Position numbers and translations under genes: made by a program
IMG/VR virus record: IMGVR_UViG_3300001450_010303
Span: 1 to 64,000 of that record
DNA from: a virus
DNA length: 64,000 nt
Strand: one strand, 5' to 3'
The notes under the pieces: generated by a model
What the model saw: the letters and a program-made list of their open reading frames with translations, nothing else
What the model was told of the DNA's origin: nothing
Databases searched by the model: none
In this document: positions 25,844 through 34,498 of the stretch, piece after piece
How the letters are laid out: the number at the start of each line of letters is the position of its first letter
How positions within the stretch are numbered: the stretch's first letter is position 1

Positions 25844-26604
25844 ACGAACAAGAAAAGCTCCTTAGAGAGAATATAAGACATATGATCCGGATTGTCAAGC
25901 AGAAAAAGAACGACAATGAAGCTTCTCTGCGAGAGGTAATTCGAGGATTTATGGATTTTGAACTGAAAAATTTATTAGAAGGTGGAATTCCTGATGTTGA
26001 TCCATCGCCGAACAAATCTACCGGAATCAATGTTTTAGAAGAACTCCTTAAAAAGATAATACCAGTTTTGGAAACAGATTATAAGTCACTTACAACAGAT
26101 GTATCTCAAAGAGAGTCATTTAGAGCGCATATTATTAACGCCGCTATTAATACTCTTACGCCGGCTAAAATCAATACAGATGCTATAGTTGATATGGCTG
26201 AGCCATTACAAGAAACTGATATTGATGAAGAAATTGATATCAGTGTTGGTGATGAAAACGACGATAAATTTATTGATATACGGACGGACGCTGAAAAATC
26301 TGCTGAAGATGAGAGTAACGAAGAAGATCCTAGAGATACTTTTGGTTCGGGTGTTGAAGGAGATGAAACCGGTAGAAACATGGCATTTCAGTCGTTTAAG
26401 AAAATTGAAACAAGTATTGTTGATGCATATGAATTGCTTAGTAATGATGAGGATCAAGAATTGTTTTATGATTATTTGGTAGCTAACCTTAAATTATATT
26501 TTGATAAATTTGAAAAGGAATTGGCTCCTTCTGTAGAAGAGCCCACAAACCAAGCTTATGATACAGCTAAGTCAGAACAAGAACCAGAAATGGCTGGAAT
26601 ATAA
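25840..26604 (+). CDS. acidic hypothetical protein (possible virion protein)
   Basis: LRENIRHMIR / LREVIRGFM..E motifs. Confidence 0.8.
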   Translation: MNEQEKLLRENIRHMIRIVKQKKNDNEASLREVIRGFMDFELKNLLEGGIPDVDPSPNKSTGINVLEELLKKIIPVLETDYKSLTTDVSQRESFRAHIINAAINTLTPAKINTDAIVDMAEPLQETDIDEEIDISVGDENDDKFIDIRTDAEKSAEDESNEEDPRDTFGSGVEGDETGRNMAFQSFKKIETSIVDAYELLSNDEDQELFYDYLVANLKLYFDKFEKELAPSVEEPTNQAYDTAKSEQEPEMAGI

Positions 26605-26838
26605 ATGAGTTTTAATGATTTTAAAGATGAATTGGCAGAGGCTTTGGGCGCTACAGCAGCCAGGGATGCGAAGGCCGGGATGACGAATTACGACCCGGGT
26701 GTGGAACCAGCAGGTTCTACAGACGTAGATCCTGAAGAACAAGTCATAGAACAGGCCACTAAAATTGCAGAAGCTATAAAAACTTACTTAATTGGCCTTG
26801 ATGACGGCGGACGACTTAGAACCCCCGGCGGCAGTTGA
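26605..26838 (+). CDS. hypothetical protein
   Basis: ORF track; abuts the previous stop. Confidence 0.65.
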   Translation: MSFNDFKDELAEALGATAARDAKAGMTNYDPGVEPAGSTDVDPEEQVIEQATKIAEAIKTYLIGLDDGGRLRTPGGS

Positions 26839-26866
26839 TACTTAAAATAAAATTTCATCTTTTTAC

Positions 26867-26895
26867 TTGACAACTTTACGAATTCATATTACACT
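26867..26895 (+). promoter_or_regulatory. sigma70-type promoter
   Basis: TTGACA 26867, 17 bp spacer, TACACT 26890. Confidence 0.55.
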
Positions 26896-26947
26896 ATAAT
26901 TGTGTTCTGCTTGTGAAAGTCATGACAGTCATTACAATCATATATTT

Positions 26948-27292
26948 ATGAAGATCAATAAAACTAACTTGACAACCACAAATAAAAGTATTATACTAAA
27001 GTTGTGCTTGCAAGATGATCTACTGACACAGATTAATAAACTATCATTAGAAGACCTTATAGCAGTCAAATTAGAACTATCATCTAGAAATATAAATAAC
27101 AGGTTATATGGATTTGATATCTGGAGAAAGTCCAATTACATTATTAAAGAAGCAATTCTTAAATTTGCTCTTTCAACGACTAATTCTAAGAAGAGTGCAG
27201 CAAGGTTTCTAAATTTAACCTACATTGAGTTTAGAAGAGTAGTAAAAGACTATAAAGTAAAGGAGTGGTTCTCTCAACCATCAGATCTTTAA
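26948..27292 (+). CDS. Fis-type HTH DNA-binding protein
   Basis: C-terminal KEAILKFALSTTNSKKSAARFLNLTYIEF resembles the Fis/bEBP HTH. Confidence 0.6.
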   Translation: MKINKTNLTTTNKSIILKLCLQDDLLTQINKLSLEDLIAVKLELSSRNINNRLYGFDIWRKSNYIIKEAILKFALSTTNSKKSAARFLNLTYIEFRRVVKDYKVKEWFSQPSDL

Positions 27293-27471
27293 CATTTAAA
27301 AATCATTCGGTATGAACATATTAAGGTAACGGGGGCTCCATATCTACTAAGAGCCTCCATAGCAAGGAAGTTTAAAACAAAAAAACTATAGATCAGGTGT
27401 GGTGACCAAAAGATCCACAACCGGATGAATATTTTGTAAAAAAGCCTATTTATTAACAAAGGAGCCAAAAA

Positions 27472-28083
27472 ATGCTATATTTTTTACTATCGATGTTAGT
27501 ATGTTGCAAGCCGGCAAAAGTGATAATTGAGGATGGAATAGATTCTTCAAGTCAAATAGAACCACAATTGGGAGAACCAGAAATACCCAGAGAACCAGTA
27601 GGGGTTATGGCAGCAGAAGATTGCCGGCAAATTAATATGGGCGATAAGGCATGTGACTTTAGACTTAGACACCAAAATGGTGAAGTGTGGAGTTTATATG
27701 ATTATGAGGGTGATGTCGTATTATTAGACTTTTCCACAGTATGGTGCCCACCGTGCCAAGCCGCAGGACACTCTACACAGCCTCTACAAGACGCTTACGG
27801 CGCTGAAGGTGTCAGGATAGTAACTATACTCATTGACGGCGCCCAGAACGGTGTTGAACCATCGGAAGAAGAAATAAATACGTGGGTGACCGATCATAAC
27901 ATTACCACGGCGCCGGTCTTACGAGGTTCTAGAGATAAGATGATGGATCCGTCAGGTATTACAGGATATCCGCTCGGCAGCTGGCCAACATATCTTTATC
28001 TGGATAGAGAACTCAAATTTTATGCTGGACATTCAGGATTCAGCGAAGAATACGCAAGACAAACAATAGAGGAAAAACTGTAA
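27472..28083 (+). CDS. TlpA/ResA-like thioredoxin-fold lipoprotein
   Basis: Short signal ending LVCC; DFRL, VVLLDFSTVWCPPC, cis-Pro WPT. Confidence 0.85.
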   Translation: MLYFLLSMLVCCKPAKVIIEDGIDSSSQIEPQLGEPEIPREPVGVMAAEDCRQINMGDKACDFRLRHQNGEVWSLYDYEGDVVLLDFSTVWCPPCQAAGHSTQPLQDAYGAEGVRIVTILIDGAQNGVEPSEEEINTWVTDHNITTAPVLRGSRDKMMDPSGITGYPLGSWPTYLYLDRELKFYAGHSGFSEEYARQTIEEKL

Positions 28084-28292
28084 TGTGGAAAATATATAAA
28101 TGGAATGGAAAGTATATCAAGGGAGACTTGGTAAGTAAGCATTCTAGCGAAGACGCTGCTATTAAGAAGGCTAAGAAAGAAATTGGCTTTACATATGCAG
28201 AAAAATCAAAAATAGGAAAAGAAACACTTATTTGGTTAGATGATGAGCATCATACACCAATGGGTGTAATTATCAAAAAAACTCGGGGGTGA
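28083..28292 (+). CDS. hypothetical protein
   Basis: TAATG coupling; stop overlaps the tmRNA 5' end. Confidence 0.65.
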   Translation: MWKIYKWNGKYIKGDLVSKHSSEDAAIKKAKKEIGFTYAEKSKIGKETLIWLDDEHHTPMGVIIKKTRG

Positions 28293-28630
28293 TCTGGATT
28301 CGACAGAGTAAGAAAGAGGAAAAGTGCAAGTAGTCAAACGTAGCAGCAGACTTTAAATGCAGATACAAAAAATAATTGCTAATAACAATAACAACTTCGA
28401 ATCTGTCCGCTTAGCGGCTTAATCGGGTGGCCGCTCAAAGCCATCTATCCAATTTGAGCAAAACAACAGACAAGTTGTAAAAATCAAACCACCCATCGTA
28501 ATACGGTAGTGAGCGATGTGGAACAAACTACCTCCACTTGGCTGTATGTGTAGTATAAATGGTCCAAACTTGTGAATGACTTTAATTAGACTTATTTTGG
28601 ACGCGGGTTCGATCCCCGCCGCCTCCACCA
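28285..28630 (+). ncRNA. ssrA: tmRNA; tag (A)ANNNNNFESVRLAA at 28378-28422
   Basis: 5' GGGGGTG pairs with 3' CGCCTCC-ACCA including G3:U; GGATTCGAC; T-arm GCGGGTTCGATCCCCGC; tag ORF ends LAA-stop. Confidence 0.95.
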
Positions 28631-28636
28631 TTTATT

Positions 28637-28849
28637 ATGTTTAATTTTAACTTCAATTGGTTTAAGAAAAAAGAGCCCATAGAAGAGCAATTAGCTCATG
28701 AGTATGTTGATGCAATTGAGCATGCTCTATGGGAAATTAAAGAAGAGTATGATTTTCCAACAGAAGAAATAGATGTTGTTGTAAAGTCAAAAAGAAAAAA
28801 CTTTGACTTTTTACATAAAGAAAACCGAAAAAGAAACAAACCAAAATAG
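28637..28849 (+). CDS. hypothetical protein
   Basis: ORF track. Confidence 0.55.
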   Translation: MFNFNFNWFKKKEPIEEQLAHEYVDAIEHALWEIKEEYDFPTEEIDVVVKSKRKNFDFLHKENRKRNKPK

Positions 28850-28888
28850 ATACTAATAGAGATAAAAACGAATGGAATGGAGGTTTTT

Positions 28889-29263
28889 ATGCTAAAAAGA
28901 GTATTTTTTATATTATCACTGATCATAACTGGGTGTGTAAAACATCCAAGCGCTCTAACTGGAGAAGGCCTTTCAGGGTTTTCTGGCTTTAATTTCGAGC
29001 CCTCTCGTAGTACCTGTATTAATGGGGTTATGGTAGCAATCGACTATGCATGTGCAGTCCCAATGACAACAGAAGTTAATAGACAATACGCAGTTATTGG
29101 ATGTACTGATGTTACAGATCGCCCGGAAGCATATGACTGGAGCAAGGTTAATGTAATTGCACTCTTTGACCCCAGGTTACCAGATCCTATACATTCTACA
29201 ATAATATGTATCGATCCTATAACAAGACTTTATCTACAACAAACTCCAACTGAAAAACGGTGA
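28889..29263 (+). CDS. Cys-rich lipoprotein
   Basis: GGAGG RBS; MLKRVFFILSLIITG-C lipobox. Confidence 0.75.
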   Translation: MLKRVFFILSLIITGCVKHPSALTGEGLSGFSGFNFEPSRSTCINGVMVAIDYACAVPMTTEVNRQYAVIGCTDVTDRPEAYDWSKVNVIALFDPRLPDPIHSTIICIDPITRLYLQQTPTEKR

Positions 29264-29733
29264 AAATACAAGTAGCATTTTATAAAGGCGAAGGCAACTT
29301 TTTCAATAAAGTTGTAAGATGGTGGACGGATAGTATTTATAGTCACGCCGAAATAATATTACCTGATGGATACACATGGGTAGGAATAAGCCCATTTATA
29401 AAATCAAAGGTCGCGGAAAGAAAAAAGATAATGCTCGCCCATAAAGAGTGGGATTTTATAGATTTAGACATAACAGAAAATCAATACAACATTATAATGG
29501 AGTTTTTCGAAGATACTAAGGGACAAGGATATGATTGGCTTGGAATGTTATTATCACAGTTTCTTCCATGTAAAATAAAACACAAGAAGCGATGGTATTG
29601 TAGTGAGTGGATTTCTTATGCATTGCGTATCGCCTGTATCATAGACTGGAGAAAAATAAGAATATATGAAAGAAAAGATTTATCGCCAGAAGTTTTATAT
29701 CAACTTCTAATTAAACCAAATAATGAAATATGA
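29260..29733 (+). CDS. permuted papain-like (NlpC/P60, YaeF/YiiX-type) amidase
   Basis: YSHAE precedes GQGYD...WYCSE. Confidence 0.8.
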   Translation: MKIQVAFYKGEGNFFNKVVRWWTDSIYSHAEIILPDGYTWVGISPFIKSKVAERKKIMLAHKEWDFIDLDITENQYNIIMEFFEDTKGQGYDWLGMLLSQFLPCKIKHKKRWYCSEWISYALRIACIIDWRKIRIYERKDLSPEVLYQLLIKPNNEI

Positions 29734-29923
29734 AGTTGATGAATGGGTTCTTTATTGCCAATTTCCAGAAAGCGAAGTTTTAAAATACAATAAAATAGAA
29801 TCCGTTATTCTAGAGGTTTTATCAAACGATTTATTTTACGATTATAGAATCTATTTAAATGATGGTTCTGGTAAATATAAAAAAGTGAAAGAAGAAAATC
29901 TTCTTAAACATATCAAAAAATAA
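29723..29923 (+). CDS. small SH3/KOW-like protein
   Basis: YEVDEWVLY...VILE...YRIY...VKEENL. Confidence 0.6.
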   Translation: MKYEVDEWVLYCQFPESEVLKYNKIESVILEVLSNDLFYDYRIYLNDGSGKYKKVKEENLLKHIKK

Positions 29924-29949
29924 TAGTAGAATATTATAAAGGAGAAATT

Positions 29950-30441
29950 ATGAGTGAAGAAGAACGACCAACTGTAATGGTGTCCGGCGGGTTTGATCCT
30001 GTTCATGTTGGGCATATAAGAATGATTAGAGAGGCTGCAGAATATGGTGATGTTATCATTATCGCCAATTCTGATAATTGGCTATATAAAAAAAAGGGAT
30101 TTCATTTTATGGATTTTAAAGCTCGATATGAGATTTTAGATGCGATAAAGGGAGTGATTCTGGTAGATTCAGTTAATGATGATGATGGAACTGTGTGCGA
30201 GGCCATCCGCCGACTTAAACCAACATATTTTGCCAATGGCGGAGATCGAGGAAAATCAAATACTCCGGAGCAAGATATCTGTGAAGAGTTAGGAATTAAA
30301 CTTTTGTGGGAAATCGGCGGCGATGAAAAATTAGCTAGCTCTTCAGATTTGGTTAAAAGATCCCGTGATTTTGAATCTGGGAGATCCCGTGATTTTAAAA
30401 TACCCCCAAAGAGAACAATATCAAAACATTCTGACAGATAG
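29950..30441 (+). CDS. cytidylyltransferase-family (HxGH) protein
   Basis: VSGGFDPVHVGH, NSDNWL, FANGGDR, SSS. Confidence 0.9.
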   Translation: MSEEERPTVMVSGGFDPVHVGHIRMIREAAEYGDVIIIANSDNWLYKKKGFHFMDFKARYEILDAIKGVILVDSVNDDDGTVCEAIRRLKPTYFANGGDRGKSNTPEQDICEELGIKLLWEIGGDEKLASSSDLVKRSRDFESGRSRDFKIPPKRTISKHSDR

Positions 30442-30473
30442 TGCTGGATGTAATTTAAGATTATAGTTACTGT

Positions 30474-30989
30474 ATGACGGAAATAATGCTAACATTAAAA
30501 TTAGACTCTTCGTTTCGACCCATTGGAGTGATTGACGCGACAGAAGCGCTAATCTTATGTATTGTTGGGAAGGCCGCAGCAATCGAAAATTATAAGAAAG
30601 AAATAAACTCAGTTACTAAAACATTTATTCTTCCGGCAGTTATTGTACTTAAGCGATATGTTAAATTTCGTCTAAGTACAGTTACTTGTAATAGAACAAA
30701 TATTATCTGGAGAGACAATAATCAATGCCAATATTGCGCTAATCATTTTGCTGATGAAAAACTAACTATGGATCATATACTACCTAGATCTCGCGGCGGT
30801 CGAAACACATGGTTAAATTTGGTTGCTGCTTGCAAAAAATGTAATCAGAGGAAAGGTAATAAAACCACAAAAGAATCTGGAATGACGCCAATTAGGGAGC
30901 CTAAAAGACCAAAAGCAAATATTTTAAGAACCATCTCCAAAACTCAAATAAGCCCAAAGTGGAAGAACTACTTATGGGATTTTTCTTAA
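30474..30989 (+). CDS. HNH endonuclease
   Basis: RDNNQCQYC, TMDHILPRSRGG, WLNLVAACKKCNQRKG. Confidence 0.9.
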   Translation: MTEIMLTLKLDSSFRPIGVIDATEALILCIVGKAAAIENYKKEINSVTKTFILPAVIVLKRYVKFRLSTVTCNRTNIIWRDNNQCQYCANHFADEKLTMDHILPRSRGGRNTWLNLVAACKKCNQRKGNKTTKESGMTPIREPKRPKANILRTISKTQISPKWKNYLWDFS

Positions 30990-30995
30990 TATCAA

Positions 30996-31271
30996 ATGGT
31001 TATTAAAGAAGCACTAATATGCTATTTATCTGAATTTGGTTATAATGGTTTCTATTATCCTTCTGGGGAGAGGGGAATAATAAAACAGAATTCTGAATAT
31101 GAAGTATTACCGTGGATCTCGGGCAATCAGGACAGTTTATCCGCTATTAAAGTAGAAAAAAAGAACATTTTACCCTTGACATTAGGCGCCGAAGGGGTTA
31201 AAATAACACTATCCAAACAAGAAGAAATCGTTGTGTGGATATTTAAAAAAGACATACAAAAGGATATATAA
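30996..31271 (+). CDS. hypothetical protein
   Basis: ORF track; contains an internal TTGACA 31176/TAAAAT 31199 promoter for the next gene. Confidence 0.6.
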   Translation: MVIKEALICYLSEFGYNGFYYPSGERGIIKQNSEYEVLPWISGNQDSLSAIKVEKKNILPLTLGAEGVKITLSKQEEIVVWIFKKDIQKDI

Positions 31272-31753
31272 TGTCAAAGAATCTGAGAGAAAAATTAACC
31301 AATCTTAACATGCAAGAAAATGAGATGGTTACCCTATCGTATAGTGAAGGAACAGAGGTGTTCGTTCATAACGAAACTGAAATTGAAACAGCACTATCAG
31401 AAACAGATGTACTACAACAATTTAGTGATCTGTTAGCTACTCCTGGCCTTAAAGCTCATACCGTATGGGGAAACGAAAACATCCTTGATGTCCTAAGAGA
31501 AAATGAGCTTCTTGAATCATACCAGAGAGATGACACTTTTAGTGAATTCTTAGCGGCCACCCTAAGTGAAAACTTTTATGATATTGAATTTATTGAAAGC
31601 ACAGTTGAAAGATATGATCATAAGCGCGGCTTTTGTACCCTGAGTACTCAAGTGCAAGTCACCGCCGGCGACATAATGAGGTTGCACCCATATCTTAATG
31701 GTTGGACCGCTTCTGTTAAGACTGAAAACGGCACTTTAACATTTGACGCGTAG
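31271..31753 (+). CDS. hypothetical protein
   Basis: AAGGA RBS; ORF track. Confidence 0.75.
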   Translation: MSKNLREKLTNLNMQENEMVTLSYSEGTEVFVHNETEIETALSETDVLQQFSDLLATPGLKAHTVWGNENILDVLRENELLESYQRDDTFSEFLAATLSENFYDIEFIESTVERYDHKRGFCTLSTQVQVTAGDIMRLHPYLNGWTASVKTENGTLTFDA

Positions 31754-31914
31754 CCGGCGCTGTTCTGCTCGCCTGTAAGCAGAAGGGGAGCACCCGACCC
31801 AAACGTAGGTGCGGTTGTAGGTAGGCCTCAAACCTTCAGTTCATTCTCTGAGAACTATATAGTTAGAGAGAGCATGCTGGCGATGCTCGAAGGCAATCAA
31901 AAACCAGCATCTAT

Positions 31915-31991
31915 TGGGGTGAGGCGACACAGGCAGTCGCACCGGGTTGTTACCCCGGCCGTTGTTGGTTCGAGTCCAACTGCCCCAGCCA
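31915..31991 (+). tRNA. tRNA with GUU (Asn) anticodon and Gln-like acceptor stem
   Basis: Acceptor TGGGGTG/TGCCCCA-G-CCA; D stem GCGA/TCGC; anticodon arm CCGGG-TTGTTAC-CCCGG; T arm GTTGG-TTCGAGT-CCAAC. Confidence 0.85.
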
Positions 31992-32000
31992 TTTTTTAAT

Positions 32001-32255
32001 ATGAAAGCCAGCAAAAAGTACCGCAAGAATGATAAAGTCTTAGTTAAAAGTTATGCTGGACCTAATGTTGTAGTAATATTAAAAGAACGTTATATAGCAT
32101 CCGAATCCGAATTGAGGTATGGTGTTGATGGTTGGAACGCCCAAATAATAAACGATAAAGAAGTAAATAAGTTAAGAAAAATGGGTGTTCCATATAAAAA
32201 AGGTGAAAAGCCAATGGTGTGGGTATTTGATCACCATATAATAAGAAAATGCTAA
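32001..32255 (+). CDS. small SH3/KOW-like protein
   Basis: ATG 32001; YRKNDKVLV. Confidence 0.6.
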   Translation: MKASKKYRKNDKVLVKSYAGPNVVVILKERYIASESELRYGVDGWNAQIINDKEVNKLRKMGVPYKKGEKPMVWVFDHHIIRKC

Positions 32256-32267
32256 GCTATATATTAC

Positions 32268-32537
32268 ATGGATTCCGATGAACACAACCAGCGGTTTGAT
32301 TATGAAATTGGTGATATCGTTACGGAAAGTGAATATATCATCCCCCCTGGCAGAAAACCATGGGTTGGAATGGTTGTAGGAATAGATGTCGACCATTATG
32401 AACTTCATTCTTTTATTGGCATATTCGAAGATCTAGTGATGATCCATTGGCTCAAACCAGATCTTGTAGAAGCGCTCCCGGCCAGCGTTTTAAAAATGGT
32501 TCAGAAAATCGCCGAAAAAGAAGAAGATAAGATTTGA
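32268..32537 (+). CDS. small SH3/KOW-like protein
   Basis: YEIGDIVTE...VGMVV...IHW...LKMV. Confidence 0.7.
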   Translation: MDSDEHNQRFDYEIGDIVTESEYIIPPGRKPWVGMVVGIDVDHYELHSFIGIFEDLVMIHWLKPDLVEALPASVLKMVQKIAEKEEDKI

Positions 32538-32568
32538 CTTTTAAACAAGAAATGTTATGGTATTATAA

Positions 32569-32781
32569 ATGAAAGTTGGTGATTTAGTATGCCGAAAATA
32601 TGTAAGCAGCAAACAAAAACAAAGAGTTTTAAAATTTAATCCCAACATAAAAAACATCGGTGTTATAACAAAAATAGACGAAGAATGCAATCTGTGCGCA
32701 GTATGGTTCAGGGACAATATAGAAGAAGCTGTATTTCCAATATCCGGCGATTATTTAAAAATTATAAGCGAAAGTAACTAA
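32569..32781 (+). CDS. small SH3/KOW-like protein
   Basis: MKVGDLVC...IGVITK...VWF...YLKIISE. Confidence 0.75.
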   Translation: MKVGDLVCRKYVSSKQKQRVLKFNPNIKNIGVITKIDEECNLCAVWFRDNIEEAVFPISGDYLKIISESN

Positions 32782-32830
32782 TTATATTAGTTTAAAAAGC
32801 ACGAACTATTTATAGTTATATAGAGGGTCT

Positions 32831-34171
32831 ATGTCAGAAAAAAAGAATTATGTGTTAGACACAAGCGTATATTTAACAGATGCAAATTCAATATTTAAGT
32901 TCGGTGAAAATGATGTTTATATTCCACTTAAAGTGTTAGAAGAAATAGATAAACACAAAACGCGCCAAGACTCAGTTGGTTCAAACGCCCGCCACCTTAT
33001 CCGAACACTTGATAATCTTAGAGAAAGGGGAAATTTAGAAGAGGGCGTTCCGCTTAATGAAGAAAAGAATAGTGGAACACTGAGAGTTATATCATATGCA
33101 TGCTTACAAAAAGTCGTTTTTCCGGCCGACTTAGATATGCGCATTCCAGATCATATTATTATAGCAACCGCCATGGCAGTACGAGGGAAAAGCAAAAATA
33201 AAACGATCATTGTTAGTCGCGATATCAACATGCGCGTTATTTGTGATTCGATCGGTTTAAAAGCTCAAGACTATATTTCTGAAGAAGTGGTAAATTCATC
33301 TGATGAATTATATACTGGGTTCATCATACACGCTGTGGATGAACAAATTATTGATCAGTTTTATGATGGTGAAGACATTTTTATCGATAAAGAAGAAATA
33401 GATGAAATATGGTTTCCTAACCAATATATAATGCTGGTCTCTAACTCAAATGAAAAGAAATCTGCGTTAGCCAAGTTCGAGAACCATCTCAAGCCACTTG
33501 GAAAAGTATTACACAAACAAATACCGGATTGGAATATTAGTGCGCGCAACAAAGAACAAGCATTCGCTATCGATATGTTGATGGACCCCAATATAAAGAT
33601 TGTATCTTTAATCGGCCGGGCTGGTAGCGGGAAGACGCTTATGGCTATAGCCAGTGGTTTGCAACAGACGATAGGTTTAAGAGCGGAGAACAACCACTAT
33701 GACCGTCTTATCGTATCACGCCCCATCCAGCCGCTTGGAAAAGACATCGGGTTCCTACCAGGAACAATGGAAGAGAAGATGCTTCCTTGGCTGATGCCTA
33801 TTCAAGATAATCTTAAGTTCTTAATGGGTGATAAAACATCCTTAGAAATGTATATGGACAAAGGTAAAATTGAGATAGAAGCTTTAACATACATCCGCGG
33901 CCGTTCAATTGCTAATGCGTTTATTATCATCGATGAGGCCCAAAATCTTACCAAACATGAAATAAAAACAATCATCACTCGAATTGGTGAGGGAACTAAG
34001 ATTATTTTGACGGGCGATGTAGAACAAATTGATAATGTATATGTTAATGAAACATCTAATGGGTTAGTACATGCTGTAGAAAAATTCAAAGAATACGCGA
34101 TAGCTGGTCATATGACGTTCCGAAAGGGAGAACGTAGCGAATTAGCTACATTAGCATCAAAAATATTATAG
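32831..34171 (+). CDS. phoH: PIN domain plus PhoH-family ATPase (PhoH2/YlaK-like)
   Basis: YVLDTSV PIN; GRAGSGKT; GFLPG; YIRGRS; IIIDEAQN; TRIGEGTK. Confidence 0.93.
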   Translation: MSEKKNYVLDTSVYLTDANSIFKFGENDVYIPLKVLEEIDKHKTRQDSVGSNARHLIRTLDNLRERGNLEEGVPLNEEKNSGTLRVISYACLQKVVFPADLDMRIPDHIIIATAMAVRGKSKNKTIIVSRDINMRVICDSIGLKAQDYISEEVVNSSDELYTGFIIHAVDEQIIDQFYDGEDIFIDKEEIDEIWFPNQYIMLVSNSNEKKSALAKFENHLKPLGKVLHKQIPDWNISARNKEQAFAIDMLMDPNIKIVSLIGRAGSGKTLMAIASGLQQTIGLRAENNHYDRLIVSRPIQPLGKDIGFLPGTMEEKMLPWLMPIQDNLKFLMGDKTSLEMYMDKGKIEIEALTYIRGRSIANAFIIIDEAQNLTKHEIKTIITRIGEGTKIILTGDVEQIDNVYVNETSNGLVHAVEKFKEYAIAGHMTFRKGERSELATLASKIL

Positions 34172-34216
34172 ACATTAACATAAATATATGTTAATATAAA
34201 CAAACAAGGAGAAAAC

Positions 34217-34498
34217 ATGTCTGAAAATATAGAAAAAATAATGACCGAAGAAGAAATCCACACAAACCCGCTTATTGGGATGACTGTAGAAAAGGACTCC
34301 GAGCTAAAAAGTTTTTTGGTTGAATATGTAGGAACAAAACTCGATAAGGATGAGGTTACAGTGCATATGATCTCGGAAGTATTAGCACACGACTTCCCAG
34401 AGTTTGCTTACGCCTTCGCCGAAGAAAACTTCATTAGAGGATATCAATTAGGACTTGATGATGCGTTTAAAAGACCTGAAACAGAAAAACCAAAATAA
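34217..34498 (+). CDS. hypothetical protein
   Basis: AAGGAG RBS. Confidence 0.75.
   Translation: MSENIEKIMTEEEIHTNPLIGMTVEKDSELKSFLVEYVGTKLDKDEVTVHMISEVLAHDFPEFAYAFAEENFIRGYQLGLDDAFKRPETEKPK

Noticed and set aside
28419-28631. Minus-strand ORF MVEAAGIEPAS...
   Set aside because: Antisense translation of the tmRNA 3' end.
30358-30396. 15-bp direct repeat AGATCCCGTGATTTT (period 24)
   Set aside because: A small in-frame duplication (RSRDF twice) in a variable C-terminal tail; no evidence of function.
30474-30989. HNH gene as a mobile intron or homing element
   Set aside because: Free-standing, with no interrupted host gene or intron structure visible.
31947-31953. Reading the tRNA anticodon as TTG (Gln) or TTA (ochre suppressor)
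   Set aside because: The perfect 5-bp stem CCGGG/CCCGG fixes a 7-nt loop with GTT at positions 34-36.
31947-32000. N-terminal extension of ORF 31947..32255
   Set aside because: It lies inside the tRNA; ATG 32001 is the plausible start.
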